Positions 51,519-61,340 of a DNA stretch of 64,000 bases are shown piece by piece. The stretch's first letter is position 1. Each line of letters starts with the position of its first letter. Source of the DNA: Actinomycetes bacterium (lineage in GTDB: Bacteria; Actinomycetota; Thermoleophilia; Gaiellales; F1-60-MAGs149); contig JANYCN010000018.1 of NCBI GenBank assembly GCA_025360225.1, forward strand, positions 30,504 to 94,503, written 5' to 3'. The notes under the pieces were generated by a model, which made no database searches, had not been told where the DNA came from, and was given only the letters and a program-made list of their open reading frames with translations. Both the position numbers and the translations under genes were made by a program.

Positions 51519-52708
51519 CCGGGCGCGAGCCCGTACCGTCGCTCGGGCAGGCGGCTGTCGACGTCGATCGGGACGACCTGCAGCGCGGCGTCCTGCCCGA
51601 GCGCCGCGCGCACCTGGGTGACCGCGCCCGCAAGGCGGGCGGCGCGCACGTCACCGTCCTCGCGAAACAGCGGTGCCTGCTGGTTGCCAGGCGCGAGAGC
51701 GGTGATCTCGAGCGTGAGCTCCTCTGCCGGGGCGGGAAGCCGGGCGAGCTTGGCCTGAAGCGCCAGTCGGATGCGCGTGGGATCGGCGGTGGGTTCGCGC
51801 AACGACGCGTCGACGCACCAGGAGCCGCCGCCGACGAGCCGGGCGCCAAGCGTCAGCACTCGCGGCTCGCGCCCCTGTCGGTCAGCACGCGCCAGGAGGC
51901 GCTCGACGAGCACGCGTATGGCGTGGTCGAGCGCGCCCTCGGTGGTGGTTGCGTCTGGCATCGTGATCGTCTCGCGCATCGGCTCGCGCGGCGTGCGGGG
52001 GACGAGCGGTGTCGGGTCGTCACCGCTTGCAAGCCGCCAGGCGCGCTCACCGTCGGGTCCGAAGCGGTCGCGCAGACGAACGCGACCGAGCGCCTCGACG
52101 GCGCCCAGTCGATCGACGCCGAGCCGTTCGAGCGTCGTCACGAGCGAGCCGGGGACCGCGCCGTCGCTCTGCAGCGTCGACACGGCGAGCGGTGCGAGGA
52201 ACTCACGCACCGCCGGGCCGGTGACGACGACCGGCCGTCCAGGACGTGCGCGTCGCGTTGCGGCGAGCGCCGGGAACCGCCCGGGTGCCGCTCCGACCCG
52301 GCTGGACGGGGCGATCTCCTGGAGTCGAACGAGGACGGCCGCCCGTCCACCGTAGAGCAGCTCGACGGGCTCGGTTGCGAGCAGCGCACGGCCGGGGCCG
52401 GCCGGCTCGACGGGGATGCCGAGCGCCTCGATCCGCTCGAGGAGACGCTCGTTCGCGGAGGAGACGATGATCGGGTCGGAGGGCAGGAGCGCTAGACCGG
52501 GGCAGAGGGCGAGCGCCTCCGAGATGCGCATGCCCTCACGGACCCCCGCGGTGGACGCCGCTGCAGACGGCTCGCCAACGCGCGGGGGTCCGCCAGGCTC
52601 GGGCGCCAACGCGGCGGCGAGAGCGGGGTCGCGCAGACCGAGCCGGCTAGCGGTGACGGCGAACGCGAAGCGGGGGATGACCAGGGCTGCGATCACCCGC
52701 TCCAGCAT
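51515..52708 (-). CDS. imuB: ImuB-like inactive Y-family polymerase
   Basis: AA..AGVREGMRISEALALCP finger motif, LERLGVDRLG thumb, little-finger region; catalytic DMD/DE motifs absent; SOS box at start. Confidence 0.85.
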   Translation of the reverse strand: MLERVIAALVIPRFAFAVTASRLGLRDPALAAALAPEPGGPPRVGEPSAAASTAGVREGMRISEALALCPGLALLPSDPIIVSSANERLLERIEALGIPVEPAGPGRALLATEPVELLYGGRAAVLVRLQEIAPSSRVGAAPGRFPALAATRRARPGRPVVVTGPAVREFLAPLAVSTLQSDGAVPGSLVTTLERLGVDRLGAVEALGRVRLRDRFGPDGERAWRLASGDDPTPLVPRTPREPMRETITMPDATTTEGALDHAIRVLVERLLARADRQGREPRVLTLGARLVGGGSWCVDASLREPTADPTRIRLALQAKLARLPAPAEELTLEITALAPGNQQAPLFREDGDVRAARLAGAVTQVRAALGQDAALQVVPIDVDSRLPERRYGLAPG

Positions 52709-52729
52709 ACACGAACGTACGTTCGTGTA
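52708..52729. promoter_or_regulatory. LexA (SOS) box upstream of imuB
   Basis: CGAAC-gtac-GTTCG (52712-52725) inside the perfect 22-bp palindrome tacacgaacgtacgttcgtgta. Confidence 0.95.
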
Positions 52730-52799
52730 CTACGATCGCATCGATGACGATGCTGGCTTGCGCGGCGTGTGGCGAGCCGGTTGACGGGTTGCGCAACGG

Positions 52800-53423
52800 A
52801 TGAGTCCGGGCGTGGTGGACGTTGGCGACGCCGTCGTGCTGGGCGGGATTGCCGGCTATGCCGTCGCGATGCCGGTCGGCGCGATCTCGCTCCTGATTCT
52901 CGACACGGGGATCCGCCGCGGGCTCCGGCTCGCGCTGGCTGCAGGTCTTGGTACGGCGCTTGCCGACCTGCTGTACGCCGCGGGCGCTGCCCTTGGCGGC
53001 TCGGCGCTCGCGCGCCTGTTTGAGCCGGTAGCGGGAGCCGTTCGAGTGGTCGCTGCAGGTGCGTTGCTCGCGGTCGCGGCGGTGCTCGTCCGCCAAGCCC
53101 GATCGGTGCTGGTCGAACGCACCGTGCAGGCACGGAGCGCGGCGGCGACGTGCGTGCGGTTTCTCGCGCTCACGATCATCAACCCGGCGACTGCGGCGTC
53201 GTTCGCGGCGGTCGTGCTCGGGACCGGAGACCGGCAGCTGACGTTCGCGTCCGGCGCCGCGTTCGTCCTCGCCGCATTCGTCGCCTCGCTCTCCTGGCAG
53301 TGGGTTGTTGCTGCTGTTGGAGCGATGGCGCACCGGCGCCTCCCGGCATCGGCACGGCGGTTGACCAGCGGCGTCGGCGCCGGTCTGCTCGCGCTGCTCG
53401 CGCTGCGGGTCATCCTCAGCTGA
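52800..53423 (+). CDS. LysE/RhtB-family exporter
   Basis: AMPVGAI..L...G.R.G...GLG.ALADLLY, LTIINP, about six TM helices. Confidence 0.85.
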   Translation: MSPGVVDVGDAVVLGGIAGYAVAMPVGAISLLILDTGIRRGLRLALAAGLGTALADLLYAAGAALGGSALARLFEPVAGAVRVVAAGALLAVAAVLVRQARSVLVERTVQARSAAATCVRFLALTIINPATAASFAAVVLGTGDRQLTFASGAAFVLAAFVASLSWQWVVAAVGAMAHRRLPASARRLTSGVGAGLLALLALRVILS

Positions 53424-53484
53424 GGCGGGGCTCACCCTCCTGGGGGGTTTTCGCTCAAGGGCTGCGCCGAGCGGCTCGCCAGCG

Positions 53485-53510
53485 TCAACTCAGCCCGCGT
53501 TCTGCCGATA
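53485..53510 (+). promoter_or_regulatory. Sigma28 (FliA/WhiG)-type promoter
   Basis: TCAA(53485-53488)-N15-GCCGATA(53504-53510), 11 nt before the GTG at 53522. Confidence 0.7.
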
Positions 53511-53521
53511 GCTGATGAGGC

Positions 53522-56500
53522 GTGAGCGATGGCGATGTCACCTCGAGGCTTGCTCGGCTGGCCCACATGGATGGGCAGCCGCGATCGTTGCGCGGCGCGA
53601 TTGGCGACCGCATGCAGGCCGCCTCTGAGGAGGAGATCCAGGGCCGGATCCGCGAGGAGTCGCAGAAGCTTCTGAAGCAGTCCGAGAAGCTCCTGAACCA
53701 ACGCGAGGCGCAGCTTGAGGCTCGCGAACGGGCGCTGGCTGCTCACGAGACGGGCGTCGACCTCTCGACGATCAACGCAGACACGATCGCGCGGGTGGGC
53801 GAGCTTGAGGGCCACATCGGCGAGCTCGAGGAGAGGGCTGTTGCGCTCGAGGCCGAGATCGAGCGGGAGCGGCGTCGCGCCGGCGAGCTTGAACAGATGC
53901 TCGAGTACCACAGCTTCGCGCGGAGCGACGACGACGATAGCGGCGTCGAGGCTGACCTCCGTGCGGAGATGGAGGCGCTCCAGGCGCAGATCGCCGGGCG
54001 GGATCTCGATCTCGTGCAGGCGCGCGCCGCCGTGACGGGTGCCGAGGACCGCCGCCACGAGCTGGAACGGGTGCTCGCCGACATCCGCGCCGAGTCCGCG
54101 CGCAAGATCGACCCGGATGACATGCGCGTGCGGATCGTCGGTCTCGAGCGCGACGCGGCGCGCGCTGGCGAGCTTGCGGCGCGCGCCGAGGAGCTCGAGG
54201 CCCGCATCGCCGCCGGCGCCGCCGGGCCGGCGTCAGACGCTGAGCTGGCGGCGGAGGTCGACCGGCTCCGCGCGGCCCTCGCAACGGCGTCGACCCAGAC
54301 GGCGAGTGACGGCACGAGCGAGGAGATCGAGGCCTTGCGTGCCGAGCTTGTCGAGGCCCGCGCGGCGGTGCTCGCGGCGGAGCAGGCGATCGCTGCTCCG
54401 AGCACGATGGACGCCGAGACGGCGGAGGGTCGCGTCGCGATCCTCGAGGACGCGCTGTTTCGTCTGCAGCTCGAGCTGGAACAACGTCCCCTTGCCGGCG
54501 ACCACGCTCCCGACCCGCGTGCCGGCGAGCTGGCGGTCGAGATCGATGAGCTACGACGCGAGCTCGCGGGTCGTGAGGACGAGATCGCGAGCCTTCGACG
54601 GGCGTCCGACGTGGCAACGGAGATCGCTGCGCGGCTCGCCGCCGCGGAGCAGTCGCTCGCCGAGGAGGGTGCCGCTCGTGTGCTGGCCGAGTCCGATCGA
54701 GCCGAGCTCGAGCGCCGTGCCGGACTTGATGCCGATGCGTTGGTCGACGTCCGCGAACGGCTCGTCGTCGCTGAAGCTGCGGCTGCGGCGGCGCTGGCGG
54801 CGCGGGAGGCGTTCGCGGGCGACGTCCAGTCTGCCGATGCCGCGCTGACGGCGTTGCGGGACGAGGTCGCGGAGCGGACGCTCCAGCTCGAGCAGGCGAA
54901 CGCGCGGCTCGATGCCGTCGAGGCGGCCGCTGCCGACGCGACGCGGGAACGCGAGCGGGCGAGCGACGCTGCAGCGGGAGCCGTCGAGGCCCTTGCGGCG
55001 ATCGAGGAGCGGGCCGCGAGGGACGTGGCGGCGCTCGCCGAGGCGCGCGAGCAGCTGGCTCGTGCGCAGGACGCTGCCAGCGACGCGTTGCGTGCTCGGG
55101 ACGCGGGGCAAGGAGAGGCCGAGGCCGCTGTCCGGGAGCTGGACGAGCTGCACGGCCGGGTAGCTGAGCAGGCGCGTGCGCTGACCGCCGCGCACGAGGA
55201 GGTCGAGCGCGCGCTCGAGGCCACCGCGTCGGCGATCCGAGACCGGGAGACGGCGGACGAGAGCGCCGAGGTCGCGGCGCGCGGATATGCCGATCGTCGC
55301 GAGCAGCTTGCTGCAGAGGTCGCTGCTGCGCGTTCCGTGAGCGTTGAGCTCGAGCAGCGCCTCGCCGCGCAGGAGCACGAGCGCGCACTGCTGCAGCAGG
55401 CGCTCGTGAACGCCGACGCCGCAGCGAGCTCGTTGGCGGTCGAGCACGAGAGCGAGCAGGCAGCGCGGATCACGCTCGAACGCCGCTTGGCCGAGGTTGA
55501 GCAGACGCGTGCGGACGCCACCGGCGCTGTGATGGACGCGGAACGGCGTGCCTCGGAGCTCGCGGGGGAGCTGGAGGCGCTCCGGCGGTCCTCGACCGAG
55601 GAGTCCGACGAGCAGGACGCCTTGCGGGATGAGCTGACGACGGCGAAGCGCCTGCTTGACGAGGTTCGCGGCCGCACCGAGGAGCTTGAGGCTCGCGACG
55701 AGCAGCTCCGACGCGAGCGTGATCGTCTGGCTGAGTTGGCAGAACGCGCGCGCGCCGACGCCGACGCGACAGCCTCCGACCTCGCGGAGGCCGAGGGCGA
55801 GCTCGGCCGTCGCGCGACGGCCTTCGACGTCGAGCAGCAAGCGCGTGTGGGCGAGCTCGCTACGGCGCGTGAGGAGGTCGAGCGGCTGACGGCGGAGCTG
55901 GGCGCGACGCAGGCGCAGGCGAACGACCTCGCGACGGACCGAGCGCAGGCAGAGGATCGAGCTGCAGAGGCTGACGCGAGGCGTGCTGGCGCCGAGATCG
56001 AGCGTGCAGCGATCGCCACGACCCTGACCGATCTCGAGCACCAGCTAGCCGCAGTGCAGGCGGAGTCCCGTGACGCAGCCGATGCGCGCGCCGGTGCCGC
56101 GGCGCGCGCTGACCAGGCCGAGGCCGAGCGAGCCGGGGTCGAGTGCGACCTTGCCGCGCTCCGGGGAGAGGTCGCTCGGGTCGAGGAGCGGCTGGCGGAC
56201 GAGACGCGCTCGTCCGAGTCCGCGCTCGCCGAGCTCCAGCGACAGCTCGACGACGTCCTCGGTGAGGCGGCTGCGCTTCGACAACGCGAGGCGGACGCCC
56301 GTCAGCGCGAGGAGTCTCTCGAGTCGGCCGTTGCTGCGACCCGAGAGGAGGGCGAGCAGCAGGTCGCCCGACTGCAGCAGGAGCTCGCTGCCGCGACAGC
56401 GGCAGCGCAGGTGGAGATCGCACGGATCCGTGCTGCGGCGGACGAGGCGCGCGACGGCGACGCGGAACGCTCGGAGCGAGACGCCACGAGGCTTGCAGAG

Positions 56501-58918
56501 CTGGAACAGGCGCTTCGAGCGGCGACCGAGGCCGTCGACGCGGCGACCCACGACGCAGACCGGAGCCGTGAGATCGCTCGGGAGGTGACCGCGGCGGCGG
56601 AGCGCGAGCTGGCGAGCCTGCAGGCGAGCGCCGACGAGCGATCGGCCGCCCTCGAAGCGACGCTGGCGGAGGTCCGCGCGCTCGCCGACGGGCGGGTCGA
56701 TCCGCTCGAGGTTGAGGACCGGCTTTCGTCGCTCCGGCGCGACGTCGACGCGGCCCGCGCGGAGCTTCGACTGCGCGAGGAGCAGCTGACGGATGCCGCT
56801 CGTGAACGGGAGGAGCGTCACGCTGCGGCGCTGGTGGCGGCGGAGGCCGCTGCGGCGACGCGGCAGGGCTCGATCGCGGTCGCCCTCGCCGACGCGACCA
56901 CGGCCGTCGTGGCGATCACGGCCGAGCGCGACGCGCTCGTCGAGCAGGCCCGGTCGACGGCCGAGGCGCTGGAACTGGCAGGCGAGCAGCTCGCCGGCGA
57001 GCTGCGCTCCGGGGTCGAACACTTGCGGGTGATCAGCGATCTCCGCGCCGAGGCGGCACGACTGACGGCGGCAGTCGACGAGCTCCGCGGAGAGGTCGAT
57101 CGTCGCATCGATCCCGCTGAGCATCACACGCGTGTTGGTGCCGCGGAGACTGCATTGGAGACCGTCAGGGCGGAGCTTGCGGTTGAGCGGCTCCACGCCG
57201 TTGAGCAGCGAGAGGCAACGAGCGCCGAGGTGGCGGTGTTGCGGGCCGCGATCGCTGAGGCCGAGTCGGGCGCAGAGATCGTTCGGCGTGAGCGCGACGC
57301 CGCGGCCGCCCGGCTGGAGACGGCGATGCGCCGGGTCGGTGAGCTCGACGACGCCGTCCAAGCGGCCCGGCGTGAGGCGGAAGGTCGGCTTGACCCGGCG
57401 GTGGTGGCGCGCCAGCGCGACGAGCTCCTCGCGCAGGTCGCCGCGGCACGGGTCGAAGCTGCGGAGGCACGCACCGGGCGCGAGGCGACGCAGGTGTCCC
57501 TCGACACCCTCCGCATCGAGGCGACGAACCTGGCAATCCAGGTGCAGGCAGCCGAGGAGCGAGCTGGTCGGCTGAACGCAATGGAGGTCGACCTGAAGCA
57601 GGCGGTTGACGCACGTGAGCTGGCGCGGACGGACGCGATCCGCAGCGCTGCGCGCCTGGCACAGGTCGAGTCGGAGCTCGTGTCGGCACGCGCCGAGGCG
57701 CGCGAGCGGGCGATCTCTCTCGAGGAGCGTGCACGAATCGCCGAGGCGCGGATCAGCGACCTCGAGGACCAGCTCGGGGGCGCCCCTTCGAGCGTGCTTC
57801 TCACAGGTGACGATGCGCCGGACGTCGATGGCGCGCTGCGCCACGCCGCCGAGCTGCAGGCGCGGATCGCGACGCTCCAGTCGCGTGAGGAGGCGGCACG
57901 GTCGCAGATTCTCGCGCTGCGCGGCGAGCTCGAGTCGCTCCGGGGCGACGACGCGATGCGGGCCGGTGCGATGGCCGGCCTCTCCGGCCGAGAGCGCCAG
58001 ATCGCGGAGCGCGAGGCACAGCTTGCCGGTGATCGGACGAGGGTCGCTGAGCGTGAGGCGGAGCTTCGGGGCCTTCTCGAGCGCCACGAGCTCGACGGCG
58101 CCCGCCTGAAATCCGATCGCGGGGTGCTCGACGTGGCACGCACGGATCTTGCTGCCCGGGAGCGGCAGGTCCTCGCCGAGCTTGAGGAGCGCGAGACGAG
58201 GCTGGCCGCCGAGCTCGCCGATCGCAGCGACGCGCTCCAGCTTGCTGCCGCAGAGATCGAGGAGGCACGATCGCAGTCGCACCAGGTGGTCGCCGGTCGC
58301 GGTGACGACCTCGAGCGACGAGAGGTCGAGCTGACGACGATCGCGGAGTCACTGGCGCGGCGTCGCGACGAGATGCGGCGGCTCGATGACGCGCTCGCGA
58401 CACGCGAGCGTCAGCTCGACCGTCGCGCGAGTGACCTTGAGCGGCGCGCTGGAGAGGTCAAGCGACGTGAGGACGAGGTCGACTCGGCCGAGGAGGAGGT
58501 CGAGCGGATCCGGACGTCGATGCTGCGCAGCGAGCCGGTCACGCTACGGGCCGTCGCGCCGCTGCCGGAGGCGTCCGACGACGTCGAGCTCGACGAGGAT
58601 GGCAACCCGGTCCAGGCGTGGCTCGACCGCCGGCGCCGCAAGCAGGCATCGCTCGAGGCGAAACAGGCCGATCTCGACCGGCGTGAGGTCTCGGTGCGCG
58701 AGCTCGAGGGTCGCCTGCGCGCCCTCGAAGGAGCGCTGACGCGGAAGGAGGCCGATCTGGCATCGTTCGCCGAGATGCTGCAGCAGTCGCTCGGTCAGGC
58801 CGAGGACGCCGCGCTCGGCGAGGTCACCCGTTCGAAGGCTCCGTCGGACGAGGACCCGACCCAGCGGCTGCGGTTCTGGACGCGTGACAGCTCGACGGGC
58901 AACTCGAAGGCGTCCTGA
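53522..58918 (+). CDS. Giant coiled-coil protein, 1798 aa
   Basis: A/E/R/L-rich heptad pattern almost end to end; no Walker A/B motif, TM helix or signal peptide seen. Confidence 0.88.
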   Translation: MSDGDVTSRLARLAHMDGQPRSLRGAIGDRMQAASEEEIQGRIREESQKLLKQSEKLLNQREAQLEARERALAAHETGVDLSTINADTIARVGELEGHIGELEERAVALEAEIERERRRAGELEQMLEYHSFARSDDDDSGVEADLRAEMEALQAQIAGRDLDLVQARAAVTGAEDRRHELERVLADIRAESARKIDPDDMRVRIVGLERDAARAGELAARAEELEARIAAGAAGPASDAELAAEVDRLRAALATASTQTASDGTSEEIEALRAELVEARAAVLAAEQAIAAPSTMDAETAEGRVAILEDALFRLQLELEQRPLAGDHAPDPRAGELAVEIDELRRELAGREDEIASLRRASDVATEIAARLAAAEQSLAEEGAARVLAESDRAELERRAGLDADALVDVRERLVVAEAAAAAALAAREAFAGDVQSADAALTALRDEVAERTLQLEQANARLDAVEAAAADATRERERASDAAAGAVEALAAIEERAARDVAALAEAREQLARAQDAASDALRARDAGQGEAEAAVRELDELHGRVAEQARALTAAHEEVERALEATASAIRDRETADESAEVAARGYADRREQLAAEVAAARSVSVELEQRLAAQEHERALLQQALVNADAAASSLAVEHESEQAARITLERRLAEVEQTRADATGAVMDAERRASELAGELEALRRSSTEESDEQDALRDELTTAKRLLDEVRGRTEELEARDEQLRRERDRLAELAERARADADATASDLAEAEGELGRRATAFDVEQQARVGELATAREEVERLTAELGATQAQANDLATDRAQAEDRAAEADARRAGAEIERAAIATTLTDLEHQLAAVQAESRDAADARAGAAARADQAEAERAGVECDLAALRGEVARVEERLADETRSSESALAELQRQLDDVLGEAAALRQREADARQREESLESAVAATREEGEQQVARLQQELAAATAAAQVEIARIRAAADEARDGDAERSERDATRLAELEQALRAATEAVDAATHDADRSREIAREVTAAAERELASLQASADERSAALEATLAEVRALADGRVDPLEVEDRLSSLRRDVDAARAELRLREEQLTDAAREREERHAAALVAAEAAAATRQGSIAVALADATTAVVAITAERDALVEQARSTAEALELAGEQLAGELRSGVEHLRVISDLRAEAARLTAAVDELRGEVDRRIDPAEHHTRVGAAETALETVRAELAVERLHAVEQREATSAEVAVLRAAIAEAESGAEIVRRERDAAAARLETAMRRVGELDDAVQAARREAEGRLDPAVVARQRDELLAQVAAARVEAAEARTGREATQVSLDTLRIEATNLAIQVQAAEERAGRLNAMEVDLKQAVDARELARTDAIRSAARLAQVESELVSARAEARERAISLEERARIAEARISDLEDQLGGAPSSVLLTGDDAPDVDGALRHAAELQARIATLQSREEAARSQILALRGELESLRGDDAMRAGAMAGLSGRERQIAEREAQLAGDRTRVAEREAELRGLLERHELDGARLKSDRGVLDVARTDLAARERQVLAELEERETRLAAELADRSDALQLAAAEIEEARSQSHQVVAGRGDDLERREVELTTIAESLARRRDEMRRLDDALATRERQLDRRASDLERRAGEVKRREDEVDSAEEEVERIRTSMLRSEPVTLRAVAPLPEASDDVELDEDGNPVQAWLDRRRRKQASLEAKQADLDRREVSVRELEGRLRALEGALTRKEADLASFAEMLQQSLGQAEDAALGEVTRSKAPSDEDPTQRLRFWTRDSSTGNSKAS

Positions 58919-58974
58919 TCGTCGGTCGCCTGAGAACTTGTCGCTCGTAGCGTGATTTTCCGTTCCTCGGCGCC

Positions 58975-59004
58975 TTGACACGCGGGCTCTCGGAGCGGTA
59001 CATT
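58975..59004 (+). promoter_or_regulatory. SigmaA-type promoter
   Basis: TTGACA(58975-58980)-N18-TACATT(58999-59004); predicted start near G59011. Confidence 0.7.
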
Positions 59005-59010
59005 CTCCTT

Positions 59011-59128
59011 GCGCCGAGCACGGGGCCCGAGGAGATCTCGGCCCGGGTATCAGAGCCGCGACGAAGGGCAGCCGGAGTCGAGGGGACGGTACGCGGGCCG
59101 CGAAGGATGCGGGACACCGACTCGGCGC
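59011..59128 (+). ncRNA. Candidate rod-shaped small RNA (~118 nt), family unassigned
   Basis: Nested helices GCGCCGAG/CUCGGCGC, CCCG/CGGG, CGGCCCG/CGGGCCG, GUAUC/GGUAC, CGAC/GUCG with purine-rich internal loops; begins at the predicted TSS. Confidence 0.55.
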
Positions 59129-59180
59129 CTCGCGTCCTGCACCGTCCACGCAGACGTCGCCGTCCGGTACGCTGGTCGCC

Positions 59181-59945
59181 ATGTCGGTCAGACCTCGTGC
59201 GGTGATCAGCGGCGGCTCGTCCGGGATCGGGCTCGCCGTCGCGCGACGGCTTGTCGCGCTCGGCTACTCGGTGCACCTCGTGGCGCGCGGCGCCGATCGG
59301 CTCGACGCGGCGACGCGCGAGCTCGGCGAGCACGCGACCGGGACGGTGCTCGATGTTGCTGACCCGGCCGCCGTGGCGGCGTTCGCCGAACGTCTCCGCG
59401 TTGACGGTCTGCACGAGCTTGCGCTGCTCGTGTGCAACGCCGGCATCCCTGGTCGCGCGTCAGCGACGTCCGTTGACCCGGCGCTCGCACGAGTAGTTAT
59501 GGGCGTGAACTATCACGGGATGGTCGATCTGACCCGTGCGTTCTGGCCAGAGCTGGTTGCCGCAGGCGGTACGGTGGTGAACGTGTGCAGCGTCGCCGGC
59601 ACCGTCGCCCTTGCCGCCGCGGCGCCGTACAGCGCCTCGAAGCATGCAGCGCTCGCGTGGTCGAGGTCGCTCGCAGGCGTTGCGCGCACGACCGGCGTTC
59701 GCGTGCTCACCGTCAACCCCGGGCCGGTCGCGACCCCGGGGTTCCCGCAGGCGAAGCTGGTCGCGCGCCGACGGACAAGCCGGGTCGTGATCACCGCCGA
59801 CGCCTGCGCGGAGTCGATCATCCGCGGCCTCGAACGTCGGCGAGGCGAGATCTTCGTGCCACGGTGGTGGCGCGTGGCCGCCGTCGCGCAGAGCGTCCTG
59901 CCGACGCCGTTTGCCCGCCTTGCCGGTCGGGCGTGGCGGGGGTAG
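59181..59945 (+). CDS. Short-chain dehydrogenase/reductase
   Basis: SGGSSGIG, CNAG, NVCSVAG, YSASK, PGPVAT. Confidence 0.92.
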   Translation: MSVRPRAVISGGSSGIGLAVARRLVALGYSVHLVARGADRLDAATRELGEHATGTVLDVADPAAVAAFAERLRVDGLHELALLVCNAGIPGRASATSVDPALARVVMGVNYHGMVDLTRAFWPELVAAGGTVVNVCSVAGTVALAAAAPYSASKHAALAWSRSLAGVARTTGVRVLTVNPGPVATPGFPQAKLVARRRTSRVVITADACAESIIRGLERRRGEIFVPRWWRVAAVAQSVLPTPFARLAGRAWRG

Positions 59946-59996
59946 CGGGCTCGATCTCTCACCCACGCGCCATCGCCGACCCTGTTTGACGGGCTC

Positions 59997-60989
59997 CTAG
60001 AACGCGCGTGGGAGGAAGCCGACGCGGTCACGCGCGGCCTCGAGCGTGGGGGTGGCGAGCTCGCGTGCACGGTCGGTGCCGCGGCGCAGGAGGCGTTCGA
60101 CCTCGGCGCGGTCGCCCGAGAGCTCGCGGTAGCGCGCCTGGATCGGCGCGAGGTACTCGACGAGCGCCTCGAGCACCGCCTTCTTCAGCACGCTGTACCC
60201 CTGGCCCGCGAGCTCGTCCTCGAGCCTGGCGACCGGCGCGCCGGTCGTGATCGAGAGCAGCTCGAGCAGCGCGCTCACACCCGGCTTGTCCGCCGCCGCG
60301 CGAACGTCGCTCGCGGAGTCGGTAACGGCTGACATCACCTTCTTCTTCAGCCGCGCCGGCTCGTCGAGGAGCCAGATCGTGCCGAGCTCCGAGCCGTCGG
60401 TCTTCGACATCTTCCGGTCGGGCTGTTGCAGGTCCATGATCCGACCGCCCTGGCGCGGGATCGATGCCTCGGGGACCTGGAACGTGTCACCGTAGCGTCC
60501 GTTGAAGCGGATCGCGATGTCGCGCATCAGCTCGAGGTGCTGTCGCTGGTCATCGCCGACCGGCACCCGCTCGCCCTGGTAGAGCAGGACGTCGGCAGCC
60601 TGCAGCACGGGGTAGTCAAAGAGGCAGATGGAGATCGAGTCGCGACCCTCGCTCTTGGCCTTGAACTGGGTCATCCGCGAGAGCTCGCCCATGAACACGA
60701 CGGAGTTGAGGATCCACGCGAGCTCGGCGTGCTCGCCGCCGAGCTGGCTCTGCACGAACAGCGTCGCCCGCTCCGGATCGATGCCGACGGCGAGCAGCAC
60801 CGTCGCCATCTCCAGCGTGTTTGCGCGCAGCTCGGCCGGGTCGTGCGGGAGCGAGATCGAGTGCAGGTCGACGACGCAGTAGAGGCAATCGTGGTCGTCC
60901 TGGTCGGTCACCCAGTGGCGTAACGCGCCGAGCAGGTTGCCGAGGTGAACCTGGCCGGTGGGCTGGATGCCGGAGAAGACGCGTGCCAT
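59997..60989 (-). CDS. trpS: Tryptophanyl-tRNA synthetase
   Basis: FSGIQPTG..HLGN, VDLHS, YPVLQAADVL, VPVGDDQ.QHLE, KMSK. Confidence 0.97.
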   Translation of the reverse strand: MARVFSGIQPTGQVHLGNLLGALRHWVTDQDDHDCLYCVVDLHSISLPHDPAELRANTLEMATVLLAVGIDPERATLFVQSQLGGEHAELAWILNSVVFMGELSRMTQFKAKSEGRDSISICLFDYPVLQAADVLLYQGERVPVGDDQRQHLELMRDIAIRFNGRYGDTFQVPEASIPRQGGRIMDLQQPDRKMSKTDGSELGTIWLLDEPARLKKKVMSAVTDSASDVRAAADKPGVSALLELLSITTGAPVARLEDELAGQGYSVLKKAVLEALVEYLAPIQARYRELSGDRAEVERLLRRGTDRARELATPTLEAARDRVGFLPRAF

Positions 60990-61276
60990 CAGGGCGTTGA
61001 TGGTACCGGAGCGCCGCACAGCGTCGGGTCGGTGACGCAGGCGCCTGCGAGCGTCCGCGACACCGGGGCTTGAAGGAGCGCGCCGTGCGGGCGGGGGACG
61101 AGACGCACACCGACGTACGCCCAGCCGCCAAGGGCGCACACGGCGAGGATCGCCATCACGGCGAGGCTCGGCGCTGGCGGTCGACGAACGGTGCGGCGCC
61201 GCGTGACGACCACCGGTTGTGCGACCGGGACGGCGATGCCTCGAACGGGTGCCAGGACGGGCGTCACGGACGCCAT
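60989..61276 (-). CDS. Small hypothetical single-pass membrane protein
   Basis: Basic stretch followed by one TM helix; GATACT-N6-ATG start; stop overlaps the trpS start. Confidence 0.5.
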   Translation of the reverse strand: MASVTPVLAPVRGIAVPVAQPVVVTRRRTVRRPPAPSLAVMAILAVCALGGWAYVGVRLVPRPHGALLQAPVSRTLAGACVTDPTLCGAPVPSTP

Positions 61277-61340
61277 GCGGTCAGTATCGGGCTGACCGCG
61301 GTCGCACTTGAGCGCCGTCCGGTGCGCTACGCTCGGCTGC

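Noticed and set aside
53522-58918. SMC/SbcC or phage tape-measure protein
   Set aside because: No Walker A/B or signature motifs, no TM region and no phage neighbours
59011-59128. SRP RNA, T-box, lysine or SAM riboswitch identity for the structured RNA
   Set aside because: No CAGG-NCC-GNRA-GG-AGCA SRP core, no GGUGGNACC T-box, it is not upstream of trpS, and no SAM or lysine consensus could be aligned
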